NCBI GenBank assembly: GCA_963676795.2
Contig: CAXXTB010000001.1
Location: forward strand, 416,001-480,000
Length of the DNA stretch: 64,000 nucleotides
Direction of reading: 5' to 3'
From: Geopsychrobacteraceae bacterium
GTDB taxonomy: Bacteria > Desulfobacterota > Desulfuromonadia > Desulfuromonadales > Geopsychrobacteraceae
The translations under genes and the position numbers were made by a program. Positions 21,321 to 31,272 of this stretch are shown piece by piece; position 1 is the first letter of the stretch; the number at the start of each line of letters is the position of its first letter. The notes below the pieces were generated by a model. The model ran no database searches, was not told the DNA's origin, and saw nothing but the letters and a program-made list of their open reading frames with translations.

Positions 21321-21740
21321 ATGCCAATGCAGTTGGAATGGACTCCGTCCTTAAGTATCGGCCACGAAAAAATAGATCAGCAGCATATCAACCTGTTTCG
21401 TTACTTTGACGAATTTCTCGAAGGCTGCAGTCAGGGGGCTGCCAGACAGAATCTGCTGACCCTGCATAACCGGCTGAAAGACTATGTTGAGCAGCATTTT
21501 GGGGAAGAGGAAGAGCTGATGCTGAGATCCGGCTACCCGAATTCTGCTTATCATCAGAAGGCCCATCTCAGCTTCAGAAAACGCTTGAGCGAACTGCGCC
21601 AGCAGATCGAAGAACAGGGGCCTACCCTGATTGCCGTTGTCGACACCAACAAGGCACTGGTCTCTTGGCTGATCAGCCATGTCCAGAGAGAAGATCTGAA
21701 ACTCGGTGAGTTCCTGAACGGGGCGACAGCTCCCGGTTGA
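21321..21740 (+). CDS. Bacteriohemerythrin
   Basis: IDQQH, HFGEEEELM, HQKAH and HVQRED di-iron ligand pattern. Confidence 0.9.
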   Translation: MPMQLEWTPSLSIGHEKIDQQHINLFRYFDEFLEGCSQGAARQNLLTLHNRLKDYVEQHFGEEEELMLRSGYPNSAYHQKAHLSFRKRLSELRQQIEEQGPTLIAVVDTNKALVSWLISHVQREDLKLGEFLNGATAPG

Positions 21741-21796
21741 GGACCATGCCGGTCCCTGTTGGGGGGACTGTCCAGCCTCAAGCATCGCCATACATT

Positions 21797-23713
21797 TCAG
21801 TTTGACAGGATTTTCTTTACGGACAGCCCTAACTCGACAGAGGTGTAAGGCTTTTGAAGAAAGTCTTTTGCCCCCATTCTCAGTGTTTCCTTAACATCCG
21901 AACTCGATGAAAAACCGCTGGTGATCAGCACTTTTTGTCGAGGCCTGAGCTTGGACATTGCCTCATAGGTTTCACGTCCGCCGATTCCCGGCTCCATGAT
22001 CATATCCAGAAGGACCAGATCATAGCTGTTTTCTTCTATCAGCTTGATCGCTTCTTCGCCAGAGCTTGCAGGGGTGATGGAATAGTTGAGGTCCGTGAGT
22101 ATCCTGGTCGCAATATCCCGTAGACTGGGTTCATTGTCGACGACAAGTATTCTTTGATGATGTCCGCTCAGCTGATCGATGTGAATCTCGTTTTTACAGG
22201 TTTCGATCAGGCTCTCTGTGGCCGCAGGAAAGCAGAGTTTGAAACAGGTTCCGGTTGAATCGCTGGTCGTTTCTATAATGCCTCCATGTTCCTTGACCGT
22301 GTTCCAGACCACAGCCAGGCCGAGTCCGGAACCGCTGCGCCCCAATTTCTTGGTCGAATAGAAGGGTTCGAAGATGTGGGCCAGATCGTTTGCCGGGATG
22401 CCGTGACCGTTGTCGCGTATTTCGACACAGCAGTACTCGCCCGCCACAACATTGAATTTTTTGGCCAGCGATTGATCGATGTAGCTTCTGACGCTCCTTA
22501 TCTGACAGTTACCCCTGGCGTCGACCGCCTCAAAAGCGTTCAGCAATATATTTGTCAGACTCTTTTCGATGTGGACAGGTGAGCAGCTTATGTTCAGGTC
22601 TCCTTCGTGAAGATCCTGCGTGAAGCTGACATCCGGGTGTCTGTGCATGATGGCTCGGATATCCGGTGTTGCTAATAAGCCGGTGATGATCGCGTTGAGA
22701 TCTTTCAACTCCTTCTTGCTGGCCACATCGCGGGCGACGGTCAGCAGGTCGGAAACGACAGCCGCGGCCCGTCTGCCCGAGGTCGTGATTGCCTGGACGT
22801 AAGGGACGATTTCGCTGTCCGGCGGAATTCTCCGCAATATCAGTTCCGGATAGTTGATGATCCCGGACAGGATATTGTTCAGGTCATGCGCAACACCCCC
22901 CGCCAGCAGGCCGATCGACTCCATTTTTTCTGCACGTTGAATTCTGGCCTGTGCCTTCTGCTGCTTTTCGATGGAACGAAAAAAGAAAAAGACCAGAGAA
23001 AAGACCCCTGCCAACAGCACAAAGGCCACGGCAGAAATTGTTAAGGCCGTTCGCCTGGAATTTTCCAGATACTCATGCAGGGGCACCCTGACGGACATCA
23101 GGGCGCGGATCTGGCCAATTTTTTCGTAGAATCCTGCAATCTCCCCATAATTCTCGATTAATTCCTTCGGCGCTTGTTCCGGCAATCCATGACAATTCAG
23201 ACATGATTCCTTATTGGAATCGACAGGGATAGCGTAGTAAAGAAATTTAACATCATCTAAATCAACAACCGATTTGAATTCAGATACATCATGATTTCTG
23301 AAATCGTTGAGAAGTTTCAATTCGTAGCTGTCGGCCAGGTTTGCCGGATTCCTTGGGTTGTCTGCAGCATACTTGAAATAAAGGGAGGTTTTGTTGCTCG
23401 AATGATACTCCTCGTTGAGAATATCGTTTATGCTTCTTGTTATAAATGTCGAAGATAATGTTTTTTGCGAGAAATAATCCTCATATAGCAACCCTTCAGT
23501 CTTCAGCCGGTAGATTTCAGTTTTTTGAACATCTTCTATATAGCTTCTGATGGCCTTATGCATGAGAAGGAAGCTTTCCAACCGTTTATTGGCCTCGGAG
23601 ACGGCGAGGTTTTCATAACTGTTGAATATTTGAAAAGCCAGGAAGATGTAGAAAATAAGAAAGGCGAGAGAAGTCAACGCAATAAGGTTTTTGAAAGATA
23701 GCTTCATTTGCAT
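21797..23713 (-). CDS. Hybrid sensor histidine kinase with periplasmic c-type heme-binding (DUF3365-like) domain
   Basis: Two TM segments flanking a domain with CLNCH; GGVAHDLNN H-box; GSGLGL G2 box; C-terminal receiver LLDMIM...KP. Confidence 0.85.
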   Translation of the reverse strand: MQMKLSFKNLIALTSLAFLIFYIFLAFQIFNSYENLAVSEANKRLESFLLMHKAIRSYIEDVQKTEIYRLKTEGLLYEDYFSQKTLSSTFITRSINDILNEEYHSSNKTSLYFKYAADNPRNPANLADSYELKLLNDFRNHDVSEFKSVVDLDDVKFLYYAIPVDSNKESCLNCHGLPEQAPKELIENYGEIAGFYEKIGQIRALMSVRVPLHEYLENSRRTALTISAVAFVLLAGVFSLVFFFFRSIEKQQKAQARIQRAEKMESIGLLAGGVAHDLNNILSGIINYPELILRRIPPDSEIVPYVQAITTSGRRAAAVVSDLLTVARDVASKKELKDLNAIITGLLATPDIRAIMHRHPDVSFTQDLHEGDLNISCSPVHIEKSLTNILLNAFEAVDARGNCQIRSVRSYIDQSLAKKFNVVAGEYCCVEIRDNGHGIPANDLAHIFEPFYSTKKLGRSGSGLGLAVVWNTVKEHGGIIETTSDSTGTCFKLCFPAATESLIETCKNEIHIDQLSGHHQRILVVDNEPSLRDIATRILTDLNYSITPASSGEEAIKLIEENSYDLVLLDMIMEPGIGGRETYEAMSKLRPRQKVLITSGFSSSSDVKETLRMGAKDFLQKPYTSVELGLSVKKILSN

Positions 23714-24042
23714 TCCGGTACAGAAAAGAGCAGTTGCTTCAAGAAGGGATTCCTGACTTTCAAGTGTAACAAATAATATGAATTTAAACTTTGAATAAAG
23801 CGCGGAATTTTATGAAAAATTTGTTTTTGAACACAGATCTCAGCCCATTCTGTCAGGAGCAGTATTCATTATTGATAGGGCAGGGAGTCACACTGAACGA
23901 GCGGGTCATCGGTGCTGTGTTCCGGTTGTGAGTCAAAGGTAGAATAAAAACAAGAGACGGATGGAGATCTGCGCGAAATAGGGTAGCCTGTTTATTAGGC
24001 GTCATCTGACATTCCGTTTTTCCTTTTGTTGGAGCTTGGCCG

Positions 24043-26313
24043 ATGTCCCATGGGCAGGACCAGTCTTACCGGGCTTTTTTTGACAATCACGCCGTCGGAA
24101 TGGTGGAAGTGAACGCAGATGGAAAATATCTGCGGGTCAACCGCCACTGGTGCGAGATGAGTGGCTATTCTGAAGATGAAATGCTGAAAAGCGATTTTAC
24201 CGCGATGACCTATTCCGAAGACCTGCCGATGGAAATTGCCCTGGATCGGGAACTGATCAATGGCAAAAGAAACTGCTACCGCATGGAGAAGCGCTATATC
24301 CGCAAATCTGGTGAGCTGTTCTGGGCGGAACTTTCGGTCAGCGGTCTCTATGACGAAGAGGGGGCGCTGACCGGCATGATCGGTCTTATCGTCGATATCG
24401 GCGAGCGCAAAAAAGCTGAAAAGTCGTTGACCGAGAGCGAGGCCAAGTTCCGTTCTCTGCTCGATCGCCTTGAACAGATTCCGGTGCAGGGCTACGACGC
24501 CGAGCGCAGGGTTGTCTACTGGAACAATGCGAGCACCGCTGCCTACGGTTACCTGCCCGAAGAGGCGCTGGGCCGTAGGCTTGAGGATCTGATCATACCG
24601 CAGGCGATGCGGGAGGATGTCATCCGTGCTGTCGAAGACTCTATGGGCAGGGGGATCCAGATTCCGAGCGCCGAGCTCATGCTCTGCGGCAAAGGCGGGT
24701 ACGATGTCCCAGTCTATTCATCCCACCTGCTGCATACCTCTGCAAGTGGCGTCAGGGAGATGTACTGTGTCGATATCGACCTGCGCAAGCTGCGCGAAAC
24801 CGAAGAACAGCGCCGACTGCTTTCCCAGGCGGTCGAACAGACCGGAGAAATGATCATTATTACCGACCCTGAAGGGACAATCGAATACGTCAATGACGCT
24901 TTCACCCATGTCACGGGCTTTTCCCGGGCCGAGGTTCTTGGCCGGAAACCGAGTATTCTCAAAAGCGGCGAGCAGAATGAGGGCTTCTATTACGATCTTT
25001 GGAAAACGATTTCCGAGGGGAACGTCTGGACGGGGAGGATGATCAACAGAGCCAAGAATGACGGACTGTTCATCGAGGAGAGCAGCATCTCTCCCGTTTT
25101 TAATGGCTCCGGAGAGATCATCCATTACGTCGCCACCAAGCGGGATATCACCGAGCAGTTGCGCACCGAGGAAGAATACCGGCAGGCGCAGAAGATGGAA
25201 GCTGTCGGCCAGCTGGCCGGAGGTATCGCTCACGATTTCAACAACATGCTGTCGATCATCCTGGGCCAGTCGGAGCTGGCGCTCAAAAAACTTCAGCCTG
25301 GGACCCCCCTGCACAAACGGCTTGTCGAAATCAAGAACGCCGCGACCCGTTCGGCCGGTCTGACCCAGCAACTGCTCGGCTTCGCGCGCAAGCAGCCTGG
25401 GCATCCGCGGGTCGTCAATCTGGGCCAGGAGGTGACCTCCATGGTCCAGATGCTCAGGCAGCTGATCGGTGAAAATATCGAGCTCGACTGGAATCCCGCT
25501 GGCGGGAACTACGGTGCGTTCATCGACCCGGGACACCTGAGTCAGATTCTGACCAATCTGATCGTCAACGCGCGTGATGCTATCAGTGGGTTCGGGACGG
25601 TCAGGATCGTTGTCGACTCTGGCGTGCCGGAAGAAAATTCGATACGTGAACATGCCAGTTTCTGCCCCGGGACCTATGTGCAACTGAGCGTCTCTGATGA
25701 CGGTCACGGCATGAGCCGGGAGACGCTGGCCAGGGTTTTTGATCCGTTCTTTTCGACCAAGGATGTCGACAAGGGGACCGGTTTGGGCCTGTCGATGGTT
25801 CTCGGTCTGGTCCAGCAGAATGACGGTTTTATTTCCGTAGACAGCTCCCCCGGTGAGGGAACCACCTTTCACCTCTATTTTCCGGAAGTTTCACTCGATG
25901 ATCTGCAGCCTGGCCCGGTCGACTTCGATGTCAGCCTGATGGGGATGGAGACGATTCTGATCGTGGAGGATGAGGCCTCTGTTCTGACTCTGCTTGAAAC
26001 CATGCTGGCAGAGAATGGTTATAGGGTGCTGACCGCCAGAGGCCCCTTCGAAGCGCAGGAGCTGGTTGAAAGCTGTGAGGATGTCATAGACCTGCTCCTG
26101 ACCGACATCGTCATGCCCAGGATGAGCGGTGTCGAACTCTGTGCCGCCCTGACGAGGGTGCAGCCGCGGATCAGGACGCTGTTCATGTCGGGTTATCCGA
26201 AAGAAAACTTACAACTGCAGGTCGAGCCATGTCAGAGTGCAAGGCTGTTGAACAAACCCTTTACCTCCTGTCAGTTGACCAGGGCAATCCGGGAAACCCT
26301 TGATTCAGAATAG
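24043..26313 (+). CDS. Cytoplasmic multi-PAS hybrid histidine kinase/response regulator
   Basis: Three PAS/PAC-like repeats, GGIAHDFNN, GTGLGL and a receiver LLTDIVMP. Confidence 0.9.
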   Translation: MSHGQDQSYRAFFDNHAVGMVEVNADGKYLRVNRHWCEMSGYSEDEMLKSDFTAMTYSEDLPMEIALDRELINGKRNCYRMEKRYIRKSGELFWAELSVSGLYDEEGALTGMIGLIVDIGERKKAEKSLTESEAKFRSLLDRLEQIPVQGYDAERRVVYWNNASTAAYGYLPEEALGRRLEDLIIPQAMREDVIRAVEDSMGRGIQIPSAELMLCGKGGYDVPVYSSHLLHTSASGVREMYCVDIDLRKLRETEEQRRLLSQAVEQTGEMIIITDPEGTIEYVNDAFTHVTGFSRAEVLGRKPSILKSGEQNEGFYYDLWKTISEGNVWTGRMINRAKNDGLFIEESSISPVFNGSGEIIHYVATKRDITEQLRTEEEYRQAQKMEAVGQLAGGIAHDFNNMLSIILGQSELALKKLQPGTPLHKRLVEIKNAATRSAGLTQQLLGFARKQPGHPRVVNLGQEVTSMVQMLRQLIGENIELDWNPAGGNYGAFIDPGHLSQILTNLIVNARDAISGFGTVRIVVDSGVPEENSIREHASFCPGTYVQLSVSDDGHGMSRETLARVFDPFFSTKDVDKGTGLGLSMVLGLVQQNDGFISVDSSPGEGTTFHLYFPEVSLDDLQPGPVDFDVSLMGMETILIVEDEASVLTLLETMLAENGYRVLTARGPFEAQELVESCEDVIDLLLTDIVMPRMSGVELCAALTRVQPRIRTLFMSGYPKENLQLQVEPCQSARLLNKPFTSCQLTRAIRETLDSE

Positions 26314-26455
26314 TATTTCAGCAATGGGGTTCCGGAACCTGTCTCCACCCTGCGTACTGTGGTTTTTTATAGTACCTTTTACACACAAATCAGGGGTATC
26401 GTTGCCTGCAGCGGGAACAAATTTGTATGAATGATCAGCACATGAGTGTTTTAAT

Positions 26456-27589
26456 ATGACCAGTATCCCACACCAGAAAAAAATTAAATCCTATCGAAGT
26501 ACGGAATATAGCCAGTGGGTTACAGAGAAGGTCCTGGACTCTCTGTATGCCAATGCGCTGGGTTCTGCAATGGGCAGCTTTGCCGTATTTCTGATCGTTG
26601 CCGGAGCTGTCTGGAGCAAGATCAGCTCACCCTCCTTGTTGTACTGGTCCGTTGCCGGAGTTTTGATTGCCACCGCAAGGTTGACGTTATGGAACGGGTT
26701 TAAACATAAAAAGGACAATTATTCCTGCCGCTTTTGGCTCAACAGCTATCGAGTCATGAGTCTTGCTTCCGGACTTCTGTACGGTATGGCCATGTGGTTG
26801 TTTTTTGGAGATCTTCCGGTCGAATATCGACTTTTGATCTATTTTGGAGTTGGCGGTTTGACGGCCGCATCCTCCGGCTCCCATGCCGTTGATTTCCTCA
26901 CGTTTCAGCTGTTCATGTTTTCTTCCTGTCTGCTGGTCATTTCAAAATTACTTCACTTCGGCGAAGCCACTGACATTGCTCTTGCCGCTATGTTTGTTCT
27001 TTATATTTTGGTGATGATGAAAACGGGGCAGAACAACAACAGGACGCTGTTGCAAAATTTCAAACTGACCTATACCATGCACTACCGGGCGACCCATGAT
27101 CCTCTGCTCGATCTGCTGAATCGGACTGAATTTGAAAACCGCTTTGAAATCAACACGCCTCTGACCCATCGCGGTGTGGCGATCCTGTTCCTCGATCTTG
27201 ACAACTTCAAACCTTTGAATGATACATTTGGTCATCAGGCAGGAGACCGGGCCTTGAAACAGGTTGCAGATATTTTGACGGAATCCCTCCGGGCAGATGA
27301 TCCTGTCGCCCGTATCGGCGGCGATGAATTTGTCGCGTCCCTTTATCTGGATGATGTTAAAGAAGTAGAGAAAATTGGTCATAAGATTCTGCAGAGAATC
27401 AGTGCCATTTCCTTTCCCGAGCAATCAACCTTCAGTGGGTTGAGTGCCAGCATCGGCATTGCCTTTCACCATGATAACGATGTGGAGTATTCACAGCTGT
27501 TGCATGCTGCCGATCTGGCCTGTTACCAAAGCAAGGAAAAAGGGAAAAATCAGCTGACCACGGTATTGGCAAAAGATCAGGTTGGCTGA
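26456..27589 (+). CDS. Membrane-bound diguanylate cyclase
   Basis: Multiple TM segments, DLDNFKPLNDTFGH, RADD I-site and intact GGDEF. Confidence 0.9.
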   Translation: MTSIPHQKKIKSYRSTEYSQWVTEKVLDSLYANALGSAMGSFAVFLIVAGAVWSKISSPSLLYWSVAGVLIATARLTLWNGFKHKKDNYSCRFWLNSYRVMSLASGLLYGMAMWLFFGDLPVEYRLLIYFGVGGLTAASSGSHAVDFLTFQLFMFSSCLLVISKLLHFGEATDIALAAMFVLYILVMMKTGQNNNRTLLQNFKLTYTMHYRATHDPLLDLLNRTEFENRFEINTPLTHRGVAILFLDLDNFKPLNDTFGHQAGDRALKQVADILTESLRADDPVARIGGDEFVASLYLDDVKEVEKIGHKILQRISAISFPEQSTFSGLSASIGIAFHHDNDVEYSQLLHAADLACYQSKEKGKNQLTTVLAKDQVG

Positions 27590-27780
27590 AATATCATCTG
27601 ATTTGTCAGGTTCATTTTTCTTGCCGGGTAGCGTTCAGTCCGACGGGCTGATTTTGAACAGGTTGATTGATTCGTCCTGGTCTATCAACCCCGCTCATCT
27701 TCAGAACCAGCTTCATTTCTGTACATGACCCATGTTTTCGACTAGGTGCGTATTTTCTTGGTGGATGGGCGATAATATAA

Positions 27781-27808
27781 GGCCCGCTGCCAGGTATTGC
27801 AGCGGGCC
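27781..27808. terminator. Hairpin between convergent diguanylate cyclase and autotransporter genes
   Basis: GGCCCGCTGC-8 nt-GCAGCGGGCC perfect stem. Confidence 0.6.
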
Positions 27809-27821
27809 ATCATAAAGAGAC

Positions 27822-30353
27822 TCAGTATTTATGGCTGAAGCGCAGCCAGAGGCTGCTCTGGGCAAAGCTTTCGCCGTATTCGCCGTTGTAGGCCAGCTCC
27901 AGGCTCTGTCGGCCGCGGTCGATCTGCAGGGCGGTGCCCAGGGTGCCGGTCAGGGTGTCGGTTTCGCTGGTGACGCTGCTGGCGGCGGCGCCATCCACCG
28001 ACTGGCGGATGCTTATTTCGTTGTCAGTGAGCAGGTAGCGCATGCCGACGGCGACCGATGGTGTCAGAATGATATCGTTATGCTGTTTGTGCAGCAGCCA
28101 GCGCAGGTCAGCTTGGGCGGCCAGTTGACCGTCGTTGATCCTGGAGCTGGTTGCATCCCAGCTGCTGTGGTCGGCGTCGGTGGTGAAGCTGTCCTGGTGG
28201 AGCCATTGGTAGTTGAGGCCGATCTCCGGCAGCAGAACCTGGCCGTTTCGATGCAGGAGGTAGCCGGCCATCAGGTTGGCGTTGATGCCGTAGCTGTCAT
28301 AGTCGGCGGTTTCGGCCATCTCCAGCGAAGCGCCGGTCAGGCCGGAGTAGTCGTGATGACCGTAGAAGCCGGTCAACTGGCCGCGCCAGGTCAGCAGGCC
28401 GCTGCGCTTGATCAGGTGGAGGCCGGCGCTGAACAGGTCCTGTCCCTCGCCGTTGTCAGCATAACCGCTGCCGGTGTAGTCGAGGTTGCTGTGGGCATAG
28501 CCAAGGTGAAATCCGTAGCGACTGCGACTGGTGATCCGGTCGAGGCCGCTGACGAAGCCGATGCTGTCGGAGCTGTAACCGATCGGATCGGCCTCCTGGC
28601 GCTGATGGGAGTAGTAGGGGACAAAGAAGAAGCCCTTTTCTTGCCGTGGTTTTGGACTGGCATCGTTCATGACCATGCCGGAATCGGCATAGAGCAGACG
28701 CTTGCGCTGGCTGCTGCGTTCGGCCAGGAAGTTCTGCAGGAATCCGGCGGTGAGGCGCTGGTTGACCTGTTCAGTGGCCAGGTTGAGGCTGCGCAGCATC
28801 AGCTTGGCGGACGCCTCGGCGGTTGAGCCCTGAGCTTGGTAGGCGGCCGAGACGGTGTCGTCGCCGGTATCGGCGGTGCCCTGGTTGTTGTAGCTGATGG
28901 TGACGTTCGGGTTGACGGCGCTGATGCTACCGAAGCTGCCGTCAACCGTTCCGGCGGCAAAATCGCTGCTGCCCTCGGCGATGTCGAAGATACGGTATTC
29001 GCTATTCCAGATGGTGCTGTCGGTGGAGATCAGGCTTAAGGTTGCGCCGTTCAGGCGCAGGGTCGCGCCGTTGCCGATATAGATGGCGCCGGTTGCCGGG
29101 TCGCCGTCGAGGGTCATGGTGTATGTGTCGAGCAGGCTGACGCTGCTGCCACTCTCGATATAGACCTCACAGGCTTGGTCCGCTGCGGCGATGATGGAGC
29201 CGAAGTTGGACAGGGTCAGATCGTTGCCGTACATGTAGATGCCATAAGCAGATGAGGTAGTGCCGTCGGCCAGGTTATCGGCAGTGACGCTGATAGCTCC
29301 GGAATTATAGACAGAACTCGAATATGCGATGATTCCGAAGGCGTCGGCATCCGATAGAGGGAATGGATAGCCCCCCCTTATTGAAAGATATTCTGTCGCT
29401 GATAATGCCGTTGTGCCGATTGCCGAGGCTGTGATGTTCCCGCTGCTGGCAATCGTTTCGCCGGCAGAATAGAGCCCGATAGCAATGGCACCGGAGTTGT
29501 GGAGGCGCCCATTACTGTTGCTTCCTTCCCTGGCTGTTACGTTGATGTTCCCCTCATTGGTGAGTGACCCTCCGGCAAAAACCCCAGCTGCTGTAGCATT
29601 GGAATAGGTGTAGTCGTCGTTGATTGTAACGGTTCCCCCGGTCGCTGTGACGCTGATTGAAGTATAATTATTGACGCTGCCCTCAGCAATTATGCCGGAG
29701 GCATGTGCCGTTGTGTCCTGGCCGTTTCCTCCTGTCGCTGTGAGGTTTATGGCGCCATAGTTAGTGACCGTCGCAGTGTCACTGGTACACTGAATGCCAC
29801 CATAGATTGTGGCCCGTGCGGCTTCATCGGCACTGCTGCCGCCGGTTGCCGTAATATTGATCGCTCCGGTGTTGTAAATATCACCGCGACCGGATATGCC
29901 CCGTGCGGTTGCAACTGCCTGGCTATATTCGATTGTTCCGTCTGTTGTGCCCCCAGTCGCCGAAAGGTTGATATTGCCGGAGTTGGTCATGCTAACGTCC
30001 TCGCCATCTGAAAAGACGCCATAGGCTTCTGTTGATGAGTATGGACTTGAAGCATCCCAAGAGGTACTGACTGTCAGATTTTCATTGTTGTTAAGTGCAT
30101 CGCTTGCTGACCAGTAGATGCCGTAAGCAGGGGTTGTCGTGTTGCTCAAAGTCAGGCTGTGACCGCCGTCGATGGCGGAGATGGCCGCGACACTCGACTC
30201 TGTATAGTCCTGGAGCGGACCGTCTTTATAGATGAAATAGCCGCTCCTGCTAAACGCAAGCAGGTTGCCGGCGGGCAGCAGGCCGAGCAGCAGGCCGAGC
30301 GCCAGAATTGAAAGTGTTTTGGTCTTCCAGTGTTTTTTGCGTGATGGTTCCAT
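27822..30353 (-). CDS. Autotransporter (type Va): signal peptide, repetitive beta-helix-like passenger, C-terminal beta-barrel
   Basis: Signal peptide ending in LLA; repeats N(S/T/Y)G(N/A)I(N/S)xxATGG; amphipathic barrel ending in LRFSHKY. Start ATG 30353 (GAGG SD) or GTG 30404. Confidence 0.85.
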   Translation of the reverse strand: MEPSRKKHWKTKTLSILALGLLLGLLPAGNLLAFSRSGYFIYKDGPLQDYTESSVAAISAIDGGHSLTLSNTTTPAYGIYWSASDALNNNENLTVSTSWDASSPYSSTEAYGVFSDGEDVSMTNSGNINLSATGGTTDGTIEYSQAVATARGISGRGDIYNTGAINITATGGSSADEAARATIYGGIQCTSDTATVTNYGAINLTATGGNGQDTTAHASGIIAEGSVNNYTSISVTATGGTVTINDDYTYSNATAAGVFAGGSLTNEGNINVTAREGSNSNGRLHNSGAIAIGLYSAGETIASSGNITASAIGTTALSATEYLSIRGGYPFPLSDADAFGIIAYSSSVYNSGAISVTADNLADGTTSSAYGIYMYGNDLTLSNFGSIIAAADQACEVYIESGSSVSLLDTYTMTLDGDPATGAIYIGNGATLRLNGATLSLISTDSTIWNSEYRIFDIAEGSSDFAAGTVDGSFGSISAVNPNVTISYNNQGTADTGDDTVSAAYQAQGSTAEASAKLMLRSLNLATEQVNQRLTAGFLQNFLAERSSQRKRLLYADSGMVMNDASPKPRQEKGFFFVPYYSHQRQEADPIGYSSDSIGFVSGLDRITSRSRYGFHLGYAHSNLDYTGSGYADNGEGQDLFSAGLHLIKRSGLLTWRGQLTGFYGHHDYSGLTGASLEMAETADYDSYGINANLMAGYLLHRNGQVLLPEIGLNYQWLHQDSFTTDADHSSWDATSSRINDGQLAAQADLRWLLHKQHNDIILTPSVAVGMRYLLTDNEISIRQSVDGAAASSVTSETDTLTGTLGTALQIDRGRQSLELAYNGEYGESFAQSSLWLRFSHKY

Positions 30354-30492
30354 GGGGCCTCTCTTTGCCGTAGATTTTCCGGGACGGATGAAGATTCGTT
30401 TCACAATGGCTATTCAAGGATTTAATGTGTTTTCAATTGGCCGTGCATTTATGGATGCGGCGTAGATTGTCGCAGTGACAGGCTACCGGGGA

Positions 30493-30511
30493 AAAGTCGC
30501 ACGAAAGTCGC
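30493..30511. promoter_or_regulatory. Tandem direct repeat, candidate OmpR-type operator
   Basis: AAAGTCGC-ACG-AAAGTCGC (11-bp period) in the divergent autotransporter/response regulator intergenic region. Confidence 0.5.
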
Positions 30512-30578
30512 GTAGTGAATTTTTTTCAATGAAATTTCTCTATTGACGCCTGGCTGCCGGACGCGCAGGATGCGGTTC

Positions 30579-31268
30579 ATGAATTATCTTGAACAGACAA
30601 GGAATATGACCGTGCTGCTGGCCGAGGATGACGAGATTTTCCGCGCCAGCCTGACCAACAGCCTGAGTGTTTTCGTCGAGCGGGTGGTGGCCGTTGCCGA
30701 CGGCGCGGCGGCGCTGGAGCAGTTTAGCGCCGGGGTTGGCGACATCGTCATCCTAGATATCGACATGCCGCTGCTCAGCGGCCTCGATGTGGCCCGCAAA
30801 CTCAGGGAAACGGACAGCACCACGCCGATCTTCATCGTCACGGCCTTTAACGACAGCGAAACCCTCAAGCGCGCCATCCCGCTGATGCTGGTCGAGTACA
30901 TGGTCAAGCCGCTGACCTTTGACCAGTTGCAGAGCGCCCTGGTCGGCAGCGTCAAATATCTGGTGAAACAGGGCGGGCTGACCATCCGCATCGCTCAGGA
31001 TACTGTCTACGACAGGCTTTCCGGTGAAATCCGAAGCGCCGGAGCCGCACCGCTGCTGCTGCCGAAGCGTGAGAAACAGTTGCTCGATATCCTGCTGAAA
31101 AACCGCAACCGGCTGCTGGAGAAAAGTTATCTCGAAGAGTACCTCTTCGAGTTTGACTGCAGCGAAACCTCACTGAAGAACCTGGTCTACCGCCTCAAGA
31201 AGAAGCTTCCGGGCGAGGGCATCGTCAACGTCCGCGATCTAGGCTATATGTTTGTCGACGGGAAATGA
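30579..31268 (+). CDS. OmpR-family response regulator
   Basis: AEDD, LDIDMP and KP receiver motifs; winged-helix tail LVYRLKKKL..NVRDLGY. Confidence 0.9.
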   Translation: MNYLEQTRNMTVLLAEDDEIFRASLTNSLSVFVERVVAVADGAAALEQFSAGVGDIVILDIDMPLLSGLDVARKLRETDSTTPIFIVTAFNDSETLKRAIPLMLVEYMVKPLTFDQLQSALVGSVKYLVKQGGLTIRIAQDTVYDRLSGEIRSAGAAPLLLPKREKQLLDILLKNRNRLLEKSYLEEYLFEFDCSETSLKNLVYRLKKKLPGEGIVNVRDLGYMFVDGK

Positions 31269-31272
31269 GCCG

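Noticed and set aside
23714..24042. Long divergent intergenic region examined for a c-di-GMP riboswitch or sRNA
   Set aside because: No recognisable riboswitch consensus or convincing conserved structure by eye.
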